Below, piece by piece: positions 38,205 to 48,664 of a DNA stretch of 64,000 nt (positions within the stretch are counted from its first letter, which is position 1; every line of letters starts with the position of its first letter). The DNA is from Anaerolineae bacterium (GTDB lineage: Bacteria; Chloroflexota; Anaerolineae; UBA1429). A program made the translations under genes and the position numbers. The stretch is from the NCBI GenBank assembly GCA_963675785.1, contig OY776562.1, forward strand, positions 2,752,001 through 2,816,000, in the 5' to 3' direction. The notes under the pieces were generated by a model. That model searched no databases. It was not told the origin of the DNA and saw only the letters and a list, made by a program, of their open reading frames with translations.

Positions 38205-39266
38205 ATGCCGAACGTTTATATTCTACACGGAGAAGAAGAGCTCTTGCGCACTGAAGCATTAGGGCGGCTCCGTCGCAAAGTAGCTGTAGAAGGCATGGGC
38301 GAACTGAATATCGTTACTTTGAACAGCCGCGACATCTCTGTGCGTGAGCTAAAAGACATCTGCAACACTATGCCCTTTCTTGCCCCGCAACGCCTGGTCA
38401 TTGTCGAGGATATGTTAGGCCAGTTTGACGCAGCAGATAAAAAATCAACGGGGATAAAAGAGAGTTCCGATTCTGCCGAGATTATTGATTATCTGAACCA
38501 AGTTCCGCCCACAACCCTGCTGGCTTTTGTAGAATCCCACCCACTAAACAAAGGGAATCCTATCCTCAAGGCCGCATCCGCCAACAAAGAATGCTGTCAG
38601 GTCCAACAATTCGGCCAACTGGATGCCAGAAGGGGTCAGGTTGAAAACTGGATTAGCGAACGATCCGCCCAAAAAAGCGTTTCGATAGATGGTTCGGCGA
38701 TTGCATTGCTTGCCACAAGCGCTGGAAATGATCTACGCCGAATCGATCAAGAGCTGGAAAAGCTGGCAGCCTATGTGGACTATAACGGCACCATAGATCG
38801 CGAATCCGTACAAAAACTGGTGCCTCCTGTGTTCGAGGAAAAGATATTTACTCTTGTAGACGCGCTAGGGCAGCGCAACGGCAGAACAGCGACCCGCATG
38901 TTGGAGGAATTTCTGGAAAATCGTGTCAATGAGCTCTATTTACTCACCATGATTGCGCGCCAGTTCAGGCTCATCATCGGCACCCAAGATCTGGCCAGCC
39001 GCGGCGCAACACCTGCTGAAATTGGCAAACAGCTCAATGCCTCTAGTCGGAATGATTTTGTGGCGCGCAAACTGCTTCAACAAGCGCATCTGTTTAGCCC
39101 AGGGGAGCTCATACGAGTGCAAGAGATGATCCTGGCAACGGATCAAGCTATAAAAACCGGCAAGATGGATCCAACGCTAGCCATTCAAACATTGGTGATA
39201 TCCATCTGCGCTCATCGTAGGCAAGGCAATACTCAAAAAGCCAAGAGTTCGGCCCGTACCCGCTGA
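38205..39266 (+). CDS. holA: DNA polymerase III subunit delta
   Basis: VYILHGEE, TMPFL..RLVIV, ELEKL..Y, IFTLVDA, DQAIKTG. Confidence 0.93.
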   Translation: MPNVYILHGEEELLRTEALGRLRRKVAVEGMGELNIVTLNSRDISVRELKDICNTMPFLAPQRLVIVEDMLGQFDAADKKSTGIKESSDSAEIIDYLNQVPPTTLLAFVESHPLNKGNPILKAASANKECCQVQQFGQLDARRGQVENWISERSAQKSVSIDGSAIALLATSAGNDLRRIDQELEKLAAYVDYNGTIDRESVQKLVPPVFEEKIFTLVDALGQRNGRTATRMLEEFLENRVNELYLLTMIARQFRLIIGTQDLASRGATPAEIGKQLNASSRNDFVARKLLQQAHLFSPGELIRVQEMILATDQAIKTGKMDPTLAIQTLVISICAHRRQGNTQKAKSSARTR

Positions 39267-40279
39267 GCCAACTTTTGTTCGTTCTCATCGCCGCACATCA
39301 GATCAAGGTAGAGCTGTAGAGGGTTAACCAATGGTAGACCCTGATGAACTTGTTTTCCCGCTAGCACGACCTCATCGTAGGGTTGAAAAACAAACACTAC
39401 CGTCTCCCCCTCTTGACCAAGCCCTAAATGGCGAGCTGTAAGATCCGGGGGTTGATCGGCATAAATTGCCACCATACCCTGCAATGAAACATCCGGTAGA
39501 TAAACAGAAGCGGCCGTCCACAACGTTGTCGCAAAGTCTACATCTGGGTTCAAAGCTAAACGTGCCAAAAGCCCCGCAGCACTTTGGGCAGTACGATACA
39601 TGCGATAAGAGTTGCGCATCAGATCATACGTCTCTGAAAGTGCATCCAACAGAGCCTGGCCATCGCGCAACGTCAAACCGGAACGCCCTTTGTGAACCCA
39701 GCCTGCTTCTGCAAAACGGCTCGAGGCCGTACTTGCCAACCCCAAACTCGTCCCCGAAACCGCAGCCAAGTCTCGCATCGTCCAGCGGCGTTCTGGCTCT
39801 AATAAGAGAGTACGAACCAATCGTTCGGCTTTGCCCGCAAGAATTCTCGACTCTTCCTCGTCTTCCACATCCGGAACAACCCGGGGGGGCTTTTCAATGT
39901 AAAAATAAGCTCGTGGTGTTTGCAACAGTGCGTTCCCATCGAGCAGTAAATAACATATATGATGATCTGAGCACAGCTGCCTGGCATCCTGAGATAGAGA
40001 AGGTGCAATAATCGTCGGGAATAGCGTCTCGGCGCTATCTCGTCTGGGAAGGCTCTCCAAGTCCTGGATCAGCCGAGATATCTCATCCGCCTCGTAGGCG
40101 TTCATCGTTGTGCATTCCAAATCAATGACTAGCTCTTGATCTCCCAGTGAGACGCGCAAAAGAAACCCAAAGGGGCCCAAAGCACCTTCGCGTACCTGCT
40201 TGATCCCGCGAAATTTGAGCTGAGGATAGAGGTCGGGAAACACATGAAGAAACTGATCCTGCAAGCCACGGTTGGTCAA
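39233..40279 (-). CDS. AbiEi-like (type IV TA antitoxin-type) winged-HTH protein
   Basis: Central HTH (WTMRDLAAVSGTSLGLAS) and C-terminal V.PLQLYLDL motif. Confidence 0.55.
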   Translation of the reverse strand: MTNRGLQDQFLHVFPDLYPQLKFRGIKQVREGALGPFGFLLRVSLGDQELVIDLECTTMNAYEADEISRLIQDLESLPRRDSAETLFPTIIAPSLSQDARQLCSDHHICYLLLDGNALLQTPRAYFYIEKPPRVVPDVEDEEESRILAGKAERLVRTLLLEPERRWTMRDLAAVSGTSLGLASTASSRFAEAGWVHKGRSGLTLRDGQALLDALSETYDLMRNSYRMYRTAQSAAGLLARLALNPDVDFATTLWTAASVYLPDVSLQGMVAIYADQPPDLTARHLGLGQEGETVVFVFQPYDEVVLAGKQVHQGLPLVNPLQLYLDLMCGDENEQKLAQRVRAELLAF

Positions 40280-41076
40280 CTTGCATCCTCCTGAAGCCGC
40301 AAATCCCGAAAGCGCGTCATATAATCGTGGCGAATGCTGCTATCCTCAATGCGTGCCATATCAAGAACAGCCCTGATGACCTCTTGGTTGTCCTGATTGG
40401 CTATTTGCAACGCAAACCCAAGCGGATCAATGATGGCAGAGCGCATAATCTGCAGTGGATTGCCCACATTGCAGCCCACCACAAAACAACCCGTCTCTGC
40501 TGCCCTAGAAACAAGATGCGCCCCCATGACAGGCACCTTCCAGGTGTCGCCACCGGCACCATAAAAGCCTTGCATGATCACCTGTACGCCGCGATCCAGA
40601 AGATAGCGGTATCCCTCTGGAAAGCGCAGATCATAACATATCTGGAGTCCCACTTTGATTCCATTGATCTCGAAAATCGCAGGATTCTTGCCGGGTGTAT
40701 AATAGGCCACATCACCAGGGGTGAGGTGTACCTTGTCATAATAAGCCTCTATCTCACCTCTGCTTGAAATCGCAAAAGCTCGATTGTACCAGGCCGAACC
40801 CATAAGCGTATCTGCTCCGACGACAGCCCAAATACCCCGCTCGGCACAGCGGTGCTGAATAGTCTCAATAGCGCCCTGGATATTGTCCCACTCCTGGGGC
40901 CTGCGCTGCACACCAAGCTCGGGACTATAGCCGCTGACGCAAGTCTCGGGAAACACAACCACTTCGATCCCTTGGCACGCACTAGCATCAATTGTTTCGA
41001 GAATGTTATCCAAATTCTCGCCAACATTGCCAGATACGCCAATTTGTGCAGCACCCACATAAAGAGTTCGCTTCAT
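40276..41076 (-). CDS. Carbon-nitrogen hydrolase (nitrilase superfamily)
   Basis: VVFPE, YDKVHL, ICYDLRFPE (E-K-C triad). Confidence 0.92.
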   Translation of the reverse strand: MKRTLYVGAAQIGVSGNVGENLDNILETIDASACQGIEVVVFPETCVSGYSPELGVQRRPQEWDNIQGAIETIQHRCAERGIWAVVGADTLMGSAWYNRAFAISSRGEIEAYYDKVHLTPGDVAYYTPGKNPAIFEINGIKVGLQICYDLRFPEGYRYLLDRGVQVIMQGFYGAGGDTWKVPVMGAHLVSRAAETGCFVVGCNVGNPLQIMRSAIIDPLGFALQIANQDNQEVIRAVLDMARIEDSSIRHDYMTRFRDLRLQEDAS

Positions 41077-41222
41077 GTCTCTCCTAATGAGACTTTATTC
41101 GAAGCGATTCTACCACGTGGGATTGAGCGCTTCAAGCTCTCTAGTTTGATCAGCTAGACTTGCGCAGACGTCCTAGCTCTCTTATGATCTCGATTATCTC
41201 AACTATTGCTAGGGAGGTAGCC

Positions 41223-42212
41223 GTGAATTCGCGTGAGATTGTTCAACGCACTATAGAATTCAGTGAACCTGAACGTATTGCTGCTTCATTTCCGCTGCCT
41301 TACTGGAATGACATGTGCCACAGTCGTTATACGCTACCCGGCTTTTCGCGTGATTGGCAACCAACTACTTTGGGGCGCCAGGAGTATATTGATGAGTGGG
41401 GCAACACTTGGGGCAGAGTTGATTCTACTAGCAAAGGCGAAGTCATTCGGGGCGCCCTGGATGATTGGGCCGACCTGGAAAAACTAAGCCTTCCGGACCT
41501 GGCTAATCCCTCTCACTTTGAGCGAGTTCGACAAATATGCTCGGCCCCCGATAATGACGAGTGGCGCATTGGGAGCCTGCCCGGATTTCCTTTCAATATT
41601 GCTCGCAAAATGAGGCGCCTTGACGCTTTTTTGATGGATCTCATTACTGTGCCCGACCAAGTTGACATCCTTTTATCCCGAATTGAAGCCCTGCTCAGCT
41701 CAACCATTATTCAGTACGCACAAGCCGGCGTTGATTGTGTCATGTTCCCCGAAGACTGGGGCACACAGCAATCTTTGATGATCAGCCCTAAAATGTGGCG
41801 TAGGGTGTTCAAACCAGGATTTACGCGGCTTTGTGCTACTGCACACGAGAACGGGATCAAGGTTTTTATGCACTCGTGTGGCAAAATTACGGCTATCATC
41901 CCAGACCTCATCGAGGCTGGCATCGATGTTCTTCAATTCGACCAGCCGACACTTCATGGTATCGATACGCTGGCAGAGTTCCACGGGAAAATCACTTTCT
42001 GGTGCCCGGTCGATATCCAAAGAACACTTCAAACTCACGATGAGGACCAGATACGCGCCGACGCCCGATCAATGGTTGAAAAGATGGGGAGAGAAAACGG
42101 AGGATTCATCGGCGGCTATTACAGTGACAATGCATCGATCGGCCTAGATCCGCATTGGCAAGATGTAGCCTGCCAGGCCTTTATGGAGTATGGTAACTAT
42201 TATCGCAACTGA
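41223..42212 (+). CDS. Uroporphyrinogen decarboxylase / MtaA-like methyltransferase family protein
   Basis: DEWG..W, EDWGTQ..LMISP..WR, HSCG, DLIEAGIDVL; GTG start after GGAGG. Confidence 0.85.
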   Translation: MNSREIVQRTIEFSEPERIAASFPLPYWNDMCHSRYTLPGFSRDWQPTTLGRQEYIDEWGNTWGRVDSTSKGEVIRGALDDWADLEKLSLPDLANPSHFERVRQICSAPDNDEWRIGSLPGFPFNIARKMRRLDAFLMDLITVPDQVDILLSRIEALLSSTIIQYAQAGVDCVMFPEDWGTQQSLMISPKMWRRVFKPGFTRLCATAHENGIKVFMHSCGKITAIIPDLIEAGIDVLQFDQPTLHGIDTLAEFHGKITFWCPVDIQRTLQTHDEDQIRADARSMVEKMGRENGGFIGGYYSDNASIGLDPHWQDVACQAFMEYGNYYRN

Positions 42213-42279
42213 CTGGTACTATCTAGCCAGAGTGTCATTATTCTTTAGAGATGCTTTGGCTTTTTGTTTGTGAGGGAAA

Positions 42280-43311
42280 ATGATAAAAGAGCAGCGTATT
42301 CTATATCTTAATCCACGCGAGTTGATGCCCAGTCGAAATAATGTTCGGTCCGATCCCGGCGACCTGGCGGGATTAGCTGAAACGATCCGGGAGCACGGCG
42401 TTTTGCAGCCCCTGGGTGTGATGCAAACTGAAGAAGGTTATCGTGTCGTTTACGGCAACCGCCGCCGAGCTGCCGCCATCGTCGTCGGCCTGGAACGCGT
42501 CCCTTGTGTACTTGTCGAACCAATGGATGAGGCCGATATTCTCGTTCAGCAGGTTTTGGAGAACATGCAACGCCTTGAGCTGAACGACATGGACAAAGCG
42601 ATCGCTTTTGACCGCCTAGCGACTACTTTTGTGAATGCTGGCATGAATCAAACCCAAGGTTTGGAGCGTATTGCCAAGACACTGGGGCTTTCTGTCAGAC
42701 AGATTCAGCGCTATTTGCGATTGAACGCCCTGAACGAGTCGGTCAAAGAGATCGTGCGCTCTGGCGACCTTGGCGTAACCCACTGCCAGCATCTAGCCGA
42801 CCTAAGCGGCGACCCTCGTCAAGTCGATGCAGCCAAAACCGCCATCGAAGAGGGCCTGTCTGCTCGCGATTTGGCCAGGCTCTGCCAAGCACTGGCTAAC
42901 AATCCTAATATCGGCGCTTGGAATGCCTGGGAAATCCTCAAGCTGGGGCAAAATGTTCCCAATATGACGCCCCCAGCGCAACTAACAGAAGATCACCTGA
43001 ACACGGCGCCCATCCCAGAGGAATCGGATGCCGATCTTTGGGCAGATGAAGACGACGAAGATTTGTTCGCTGATTCTGCAGAAGGCTTTCAAGAGCCGCT
43101 AACCCATGACGGTAACCGTGTATTCAGAATCCACAATATGGATTCGTTTATGGACGAAGTGGAACGGCTAACTCAATGCGTTCAGGATGGCGATCTGCAA
43201 AAATTCTTGGATCAGGATCCCGTCAATCTGGTGCGGCTTCGTTTGGCCTCTAGGCAGATTCAGGCTTTGGCTAAAGCCGTTACCGCCCTGGAAGAAGCAG
43301 CAACCCTATAA
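42280..43311 (+). CDS. ParB/Spo0J-like protein (orphan)
   Basis: LAETIREHGVLQPL, YGNRRRAA, ENMQR..L, HTH (IAKTLGLSVRQIQRYL). Confidence 0.88.
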   Translation: MIKEQRILYLNPRELMPSRNNVRSDPGDLAGLAETIREHGVLQPLGVMQTEEGYRVVYGNRRRAAAIVVGLERVPCVLVEPMDEADILVQQVLENMQRLELNDMDKAIAFDRLATTFVNAGMNQTQGLERIAKTLGLSVRQIQRYLRLNALNESVKEIVRSGDLGVTHCQHLADLSGDPRQVDAAKTAIEEGLSARDLARLCQALANNPNIGAWNAWEILKLGQNVPNMTPPAQLTEDHLNTAPIPEESDADLWADEDDEDLFADSAEGFQEPLTHDGNRVFRIHNMDSFMDEVERLTQCVQDGDLQKFLDQDPVNLVRLRLASRQIQALAKAVTALEEAATL

Positions 43312-43340
43312 ACAAAAGCGGGGGCGCCAAGCGCCCCCGC
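43311..43340 (-). terminator. Intrinsic terminator for the dehydrogenase gene
   Basis: Minus strand GCGGGGGCGC-TTG-GCGCCCCCGC followed by TTTTGTTT. Confidence 0.8.
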
Positions 43341-43354
43341 AGGGTACAAGCCCT

Positions 43355-44383
43355 TTATCGTGTAGGATCAATAAGGATTTTGCAGGACTCTTTGGCAGCA
43401 TGCATCAGCTCCATGGCCTCGGATATCTGCGATGCGGGCATAATGTGACTAACAGGCGTGATCAGATCGACACGGCCTGTAGCTGCGATATCAATAGCCC
43501 CCTGAAAGTCTTCTTTATCACGATAGACACGAATCGGCTGGCGCTGAACTTCGCGGAACAGCAGATCGGTGATATTAATGGTAGGCGGCGTCTTGGGCAT
43601 GCCTACCTGCAAAATCTGACCGCCAATGCTAACCACAGCAGCAGCATTGTTTATGGTCGCCTGCACACCCGCCGTCTCGAACACGACTGGGACGCCAGCA
43701 CCATCTGTGGCATCAAGAATAACTGCCGCTGTATCTTGCTCAGCGACGTTAATCACGTCAAAGCCCAGCTTTTCGGCAATTTCGAGTCTCTTGGGGCTCA
43801 TCTCAGCGACAAATACCTTGCGAGCGCCAGCCAAACGGGCGACCTGCGCCACGAGCATACCCACCGGCCCCGCACCAAGGATTGCCGTGACATCACCCAC
43901 CTTGAGGCGTGAAGCACGCACAGCATGTACCGCCACCGCCAACGGTTCGATCAAAGCGCCTTCTTGAAGCGAGATCGAATCAGGTATGGGGCGTACGGTG
44001 TCCAACGGCACAGCGACATATTCACCAAAGCCGCCATCAGCATCGATACCTAGCAAGCCCAGTGTTGCACATACATGCGGCATACCATTTTTGCAGGCGT
44101 AGCAGTGACCGCACATCAACAAGGGGTTCACCACGACCCTTGTGCCCGGCGCAAAGGCATTGCCATCCGATTCCACAATCGTGCCAGAAAACTCGTGGCA
44201 GGCAATCAAAGGCGCCTTGGCCCGCGGATGCTTGCCAAGGTAAATCATAATATCGCTACCGCAAATACCACCATAGGCAACTTTGAGAAGGGCCTGGCCT
44301 GGCCCAGCCACAGGGCGATCCACACGCTGGAATTCCATTTTTTCCGGCCCTAGCCAAACTGCCGCGTTCATTTTTTCAGCCAT
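43355..44383 (-). CDS. Zinc-dependent medium-chain (sugar-)alcohol dehydrogenase
   Basis: GICGSD, CHEFSG, CGHCYAC..C, GAGPVG. Confidence 0.92.
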   Translation of the reverse strand: MAEKMNAAVWLGPEKMEFQRVDRPVAGPGQALLKVAYGGICGSDIMIYLGKHPRAKAPLIACHEFSGTIVESDGNAFAPGTRVVVNPLLMCGHCYACKNGMPHVCATLGLLGIDADGGFGEYVAVPLDTVRPIPDSISLQEGALIEPLAVAVHAVRASRLKVGDVTAILGAGPVGMLVAQVARLAGARKVFVAEMSPKRLEIAEKLGFDVINVAEQDTAAVILDATDGAGVPVVFETAGVQATINNAAAVVSIGGQILQVGMPKTPPTINITDLLFREVQRQPIRVYRDKEDFQGAIDIAATGRVDLITPVSHIMPASQISEAMELMHAAKESCKILIDPTR

Positions 44384-44487
44384 CTCTTACCTCATTTCAT
44401 AACAACATCAGCTTGCACTCTTGGCGTACAAATCAGGTTGGGGGCAGTCTATCACGCACAGATTGGAAGAACAACTCTCATAACGCG

Positions 44488-44844
44488 CTAAAAGATGTCC
44501 GTTACGGATATGTTATCCCCCACAACGGTCTCTGATTGAGCAGTTGCACCCGCAGGCAGTTCGAGTACGGCATAAACATGCCTGCATATCGATCCGATTC
44601 GCCAAGGCTTGAGGGAATGATCAATGCAAATGACGCGACCTAATCTGTCCAGATAGACCGCGTCAATAGAAAAGCGCATAAAGAACATGTGGATTGAACT
44701 GCACGGCACAATGAGCAAAGCTTCATCCGCAGCCAAAGCACCTCTGCCCATCAGCCCTTTGAAGCGAGGCCAGAAGCTCTTTGCTATCTCCACATTTTCA
44801 GCCAAAATCGAATGCCGTGTTACGTTTATTGCTCTAACTATCAT
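44488..44844 (-). CDS. DUF192 family protein (last gene of the Tad operon)
   Basis: RFKGLMGR, SIHMFFMRFSID, VLELPAG. Confidence 0.9.
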   Translation of the reverse strand: MIVRAINVTRHSILAENVEIAKSFWPRFKGLMGRGALAADEALLIVPCSSIHMFFMRFSIDAVYLDRLGRVICIDHSLKPWRIGSICRHVYAVLELPAGATAQSETVVGDNISVTDIF

Positions 44845-44856
44845 ACCGGTTTTCTC

Positions 44857-45510
44857 CTAGAGCAATACAATGATCCAGAAAAGCCAGCCACCGGCAGCTA
44901 AGTAAGGCCCATAGGCCATATAGTCTTTTCGATCCAATTTTTGTGATATGAGCAGCACAATGGCAGCGATACCACCAAAAAGAACGCCTAACGCCAGGCC
45001 ATAAAGAATAAAGGAATAACCCAAAAGTGCTCCCAAAGCTGCAGAGAGTTTAACATCTCCCATTCCCAAAGGCCCTAGTATGGCCAACAACAGTGTCACG
45101 CCGCCACCAACGAGTATCCCTAGCAGAGAGTCAGAAATCGGTGAACCTGTTGCCAAATGCCAGGTCAAACCCAAGGCCAAAAGCGCCAAATTGAGCTGAT
45201 CCGGCAGTCGGCGTTCGACAAGATCCACCATTGCAAGGGCCATCAAGAGTGCTGTGGCTGCAAGCACTCCGGTCACGGCCAATAAGTTCATATCTGAAGA
45301 TAACCAGGGAGAGCGGATTTCCGAAGATAGGTACCCTCCCAAAAGACCAAAACCTGCAAAGATGAGTACTGCACGCCAACGCAGGAGCTTGAAACCCTGT
45401 CCGAGCTTTGCGCGAGGTATGCCTGTTATTGAATTCAAAGATAACGAAAAGGCTGCCAAGCACAAGCCTCCTGACAGGAGACCGATGAGACAACCCCAAG
45501 TAACAAGCAT
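44857..45510 (-). CDS. A24 prepilin peptidase (TadV/CpaA)
   Basis: VDLVERRLPD, LGMGDVKL, AYGPYL. Confidence 0.92.
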   Translation of the reverse strand: MLVTWGCLIGLLSGGLCLAAFSLSLNSITGIPRAKLGQGFKLLRWRAVLIFAGFGLLGGYLSSEIRSPWLSSDMNLLAVTGVLAATALLMALAMVDLVERRLPDQLNLALLALGLTWHLATGSPISDSLLGILVGGGVTLLLAILGPLGMGDVKLSAALGALLGYSFILYGLALGVLFGGIAAIVLLISQKLDRKDYMAYGPYLAAGGWLFWIIVLL

Positions 45511-45519
45511 CAGATTCCT

Positions 45520-47271
45520 CTAATCCTCTCCGGTGGTTGCACGGGGATCGTTGCGTTCCACGTACCAGTTGTCCAAATAACCCTCAAGTGTATTCTCAAC
45601 CTTTGCCCAGCGATCCTGAATCCAACCCATTGCAGAATCAAAAACACCTGCCTCGCGCATATCCGTCCAATAGGGGCGGATATATTGCGGGATGAACAAA
45701 AGTGCGGCAATGAGGAAAAACGCCCCAACTAGCCGACGCCAAGCCAGATTACGTTTGTTCCCAATTTTCTTGGGAGGTTCAAACTGGTCATAATAAGCTC
45801 GCACTCGCCCACCCGTTGTCGGTATAATTCCCAGAAAAGCTCCCAACAGACCCAGGTTCACAAGTCCTCCCAGGATCTGTTCGTTAGAAACAAGCTCGGC
45901 TGTGGGTAATCCCTCCCAGGACCAATAGATCAGCGCAGCCAGAGCTCCAAGTTCTATTCCCCAAAGTAAAGTCTTTGACCAAACACGAAGAATAGAATAC
46001 CAGACGGGCGAATTGGTGGGTTGCACTCGCCCATCAATGAATCCTAAAATTGCCCAGATTCCCGCCGCAATAGTAGGATAGATATACCAAGCCTGCTGCG
46101 GTATTGAGCCTAATATGGGTGCAGACCACAAATACCATGCAAGCCCCAGAATGCCTCCCCACAATGCCATGAAGAGGGCATGCAAAAGGGGTCGCCAGAT
46201 TTTTCGCTCAGCCGTAGAAGGCAAACTGAGCAAGTGCAGTTTGATCGGAATCTGCAAGACCTCTTGCGCACTGTTGCTCTCAACCAGCAAATTTCCCTCA
46301 TATTTACCAGGCAAAAAGTCGAGCTGATTCCCCTCTACTTTGATCTCAGCCTCTACCTGGCCATCATAATATCGCCCGGGATCGACCGAAAGCCAGGGTT
46401 GGTCAGTTTGTAGAGTGCCATAGAGGTAACCGTTGCCACTGCCCTTGGCAATATGAACTCGGCGCGTATATGTATTCTGGGGAAGCACAAAACCAAAATC
46501 GATCACAGAAGGATTGGCTTTTAGTTCGGGACGCTTGAAAAGCCCACTGGCCATTAAAAACCGTTCGAGGGGAATCCGACGATCTATTGCGGCAGTCATA
46601 CGCGCAGAAGCAGCGCTACGAGCTAGTTCTATAGCCCCTTCATCAAAAAGCCATTGCTCAAGGCTGCCATCTTCAATGACAAGTATGCCCGCTTCAATAT
46701 GAGAATCCATGTAACGAAGGGCATCCTCAATAGTCCATACTTGTCGGCCTACTGTCTGGCGGCCACCAAGAGGCTGAAACATAAAAGGCGTTCGGGTTCT
46801 CTCTGTGACGCCCTTGTTACGCTCTACTAGTAATCGTGTTACCTGTCCTCTACTAATATCATCGAGCAACTCGGTGTCTTCAAGTGCGGGCAGATTGCCT
46901 ATGTACGCTGTTACGCTGTCAAGTGCAACGATCGCGATCCCGTCGCTCTCATCTAATGGATCAGGGCCATCGTGAACAATGACGCCAAACAAAGCCGGGT
47001 CCATATGAGTAAATCTGTCTTGCACAATGCCTGTCAAAATACCAAGCTGCTGGCGCACCTTAGTTCGAGCTCGATGAAGAGTCTCGCGTTGCTGGCCACA
47101 AATGTCGACAAGAATGAATAGGCCTTGTACGCCCACGACGACAACATCGAATTCTTGTCCTCCCAACACCGGCGAGACAATGACATCATAGTCATCTATC
47201 AGTCCGTCGGACAGGATTCGAATTAGATTTTGATGCTTTCCATCCCTGACAACCGCCTCGACGTTGGCCAT
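45520..47271 (-). CDS. Unknown multidomain membrane protein in the Tad operon (NERD-like N-terminus, Ig/BACON-like domain, about 5 TM)
   Basis: EFDVVVVGVQGLFIL; PSVIDFG, PWLSVDP, YEGNLLVESN; hydrophobic C-terminal third. Confidence 0.6.
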   Translation of the reverse strand: MANVEAVVRDGKHQNLIRILSDGLIDDYDVIVSPVLGGQEFDVVVVGVQGLFILVDICGQQRETLHRARTKVRQQLGILTGIVQDRFTHMDPALFGVIVHDGPDPLDESDGIAIVALDSVTAYIGNLPALEDTELLDDISRGQVTRLLVERNKGVTERTRTPFMFQPLGGRQTVGRQVWTIEDALRYMDSHIEAGILVIEDGSLEQWLFDEGAIELARSAASARMTAAIDRRIPLERFLMASGLFKRPELKANPSVIDFGFVLPQNTYTRRVHIAKGSGNGYLYGTLQTDQPWLSVDPGRYYDGQVEAEIKVEGNQLDFLPGKYEGNLLVESNSAQEVLQIPIKLHLLSLPSTAERKIWRPLLHALFMALWGGILGLAWYLWSAPILGSIPQQAWYIYPTIAAGIWAILGFIDGRVQPTNSPVWYSILRVWSKTLLWGIELGALAALIYWSWEGLPTAELVSNEQILGGLVNLGLLGAFLGIIPTTGGRVRAYYDQFEPPKKIGNKRNLAWRRLVGAFFLIAALLFIPQYIRPYWTDMREAGVFDSAMGWIQDRWAKVENTLEGYLDNWYVERNDPRATTGED

Positions 47272-47283
47272 GTTCTACACTCC

Positions 47284-48648
47284 TCAGTGCCATCCTCCAC
47301 GCTTTTGTTGCTGGCGTTGAGAAACAGTTGGAGCAAAAGTATCGGGGGGAATCTCCACACCAGAACTTCTGAGCTTGTCGATGAATTTGGGAGGAATGCC
47401 TGCGGCGGTGTGGTATCCGATAACCTTACCTCCCTCGACTCCTATCTGCTCAAATGTAAAAATATCCTGCATGACGATCACATCGCCTTCAAGCCCTTGT
47501 ACTTCTGATATCTGTGTCACTTTACGGGTTCCATCTGAAAGACGGGCAAGATGGACTACCAAGTCAAAAGCTGAGGATATTTGCTCGCGCACTGCCCGAA
47601 GCGGGAGTTCCATTCCTGCCATAAGCGTCATGGTCTCAATGCGGTGTAGTGTATCACGCGGTGAGTTAGAGTGAGCAGTTGTCAATGAACCATCATGGCC
47701 CGTGTTCATGGCCTGAAGCATATCCAGCGCCTCGCCGCCACGAACCTCACCTACAATGATGCGGTCGGGACGCATGCGCAATGCGTTAATAACCAACTGG
47801 CGGATGGGTACTGCTCCCTTACCCTCGACGTTCGGCGGTCGAGACTCAAGCCTAACCAGATGGTCTTGATCCAATTGCAGCTCGGCCGCATCCTCAATCG
47901 TTACAATGCGCTCTCTCTCAGGGATAAAGTTGGAAAGTATGTTCAAGAACGTCGTTTTGCCGGTAGATGTACCACCAGACACAACAATATTGAGACGCGC
48001 CAATACACACGCCCGCAAAAAGTCAGCCATCGGTTGGGTAAGTGTATTCAAGCGTATGAGGTCATCCGCTGAGTGAATGGCATGAATGAACTTGCGGATG
48101 CTGATAGCTGGTCCAACCAGAGAGAGCGGCGGAATGATCACATTCACACGTGACCCATCAGGGAGTCTGGCATCGACCATTGGACTGCTCTCGTCCACAC
48201 GACGACCAAGCGGTGCAACAATGCGTTCGATGATTCGCATAAGCTCATCCTGATCATCAAAACGCACCTTGGTCTTTTCCAAAAGACCCCCACGCTCTAC
48301 GTAAACACTGTTGGGGCCATTGACTAGAATTTCTGTTACAGTTTCGTCATCAAGAAGAGGCTGAAGGGGGCCAAAACCAAGGATGTCAGCTACAAGCTGT
48401 TCATAGATCGAAGCCCGCTCAGTACGCGTTATTACAATTTGCTGAGAAGAAACTTCTTCAGTGAGAATCTGCTCAATGAGCCGCCTGATCTCCATATCAG
48501 ATGGACCACTGAGCGAGCTACCAGCCTCGTTCAATAAACGACGCTGCACCCGTTGTTTGATCTGTTCATAGCCCATAGGCGTACGGTCAAACCCACCAGG
48601 GCCATAGTCGGACCCAACACGGGGTGTCGTTCGTGATCTAGTCACCAT
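47284..48648 (-). CDS. cpaF: Tad pilus assembly ATPase CpaF/TadA
   Basis: [50 protein letters not shown]. Confidence 0.96.
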   Translation of the reverse strand: MVTRSRTTPRVGSDYGPGGFDRTPMGYEQIKQRVQRRLLNEAGSSLSGPSDMEIRRLIEQILTEEVSSQQIVITRTERASIYEQLVADILGFGPLQPLLDDETVTEILVNGPNSVYVERGGLLEKTKVRFDDQDELMRIIERIVAPLGRRVDESSPMVDARLPDGSRVNVIIPPLSLVGPAISIRKFIHAIHSADDLIRLNTLTQPMADFLRACVLARLNIVVSGGTSTGKTTFLNILSNFIPERERIVTIEDAAELQLDQDHLVRLESRPPNVEGKGAVPIRQLVINALRMRPDRIIVGEVRGGEALDMLQAMNTGHDGSLTTAHSNSPRDTLHRIETMTLMAGMELPLRAVREQISSAFDLVVHLARLSDGTRKVTQISEVQGLEGDVIVMQDIFTFEQIGVEGGKVIGYHTAAGIPPKFIDKLRSSGVEIPPDTFAPTVSQRQQQKRGGWH

Positions 48649-48664
48649 ATCTTATTTTCCCCCG

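Noticed and set aside
42280-43311. Plasmid or origin region signalled by ParB
   Set aside because: No parA, rep, dnaA or parS-like palindrome seen; context is chromosomal core
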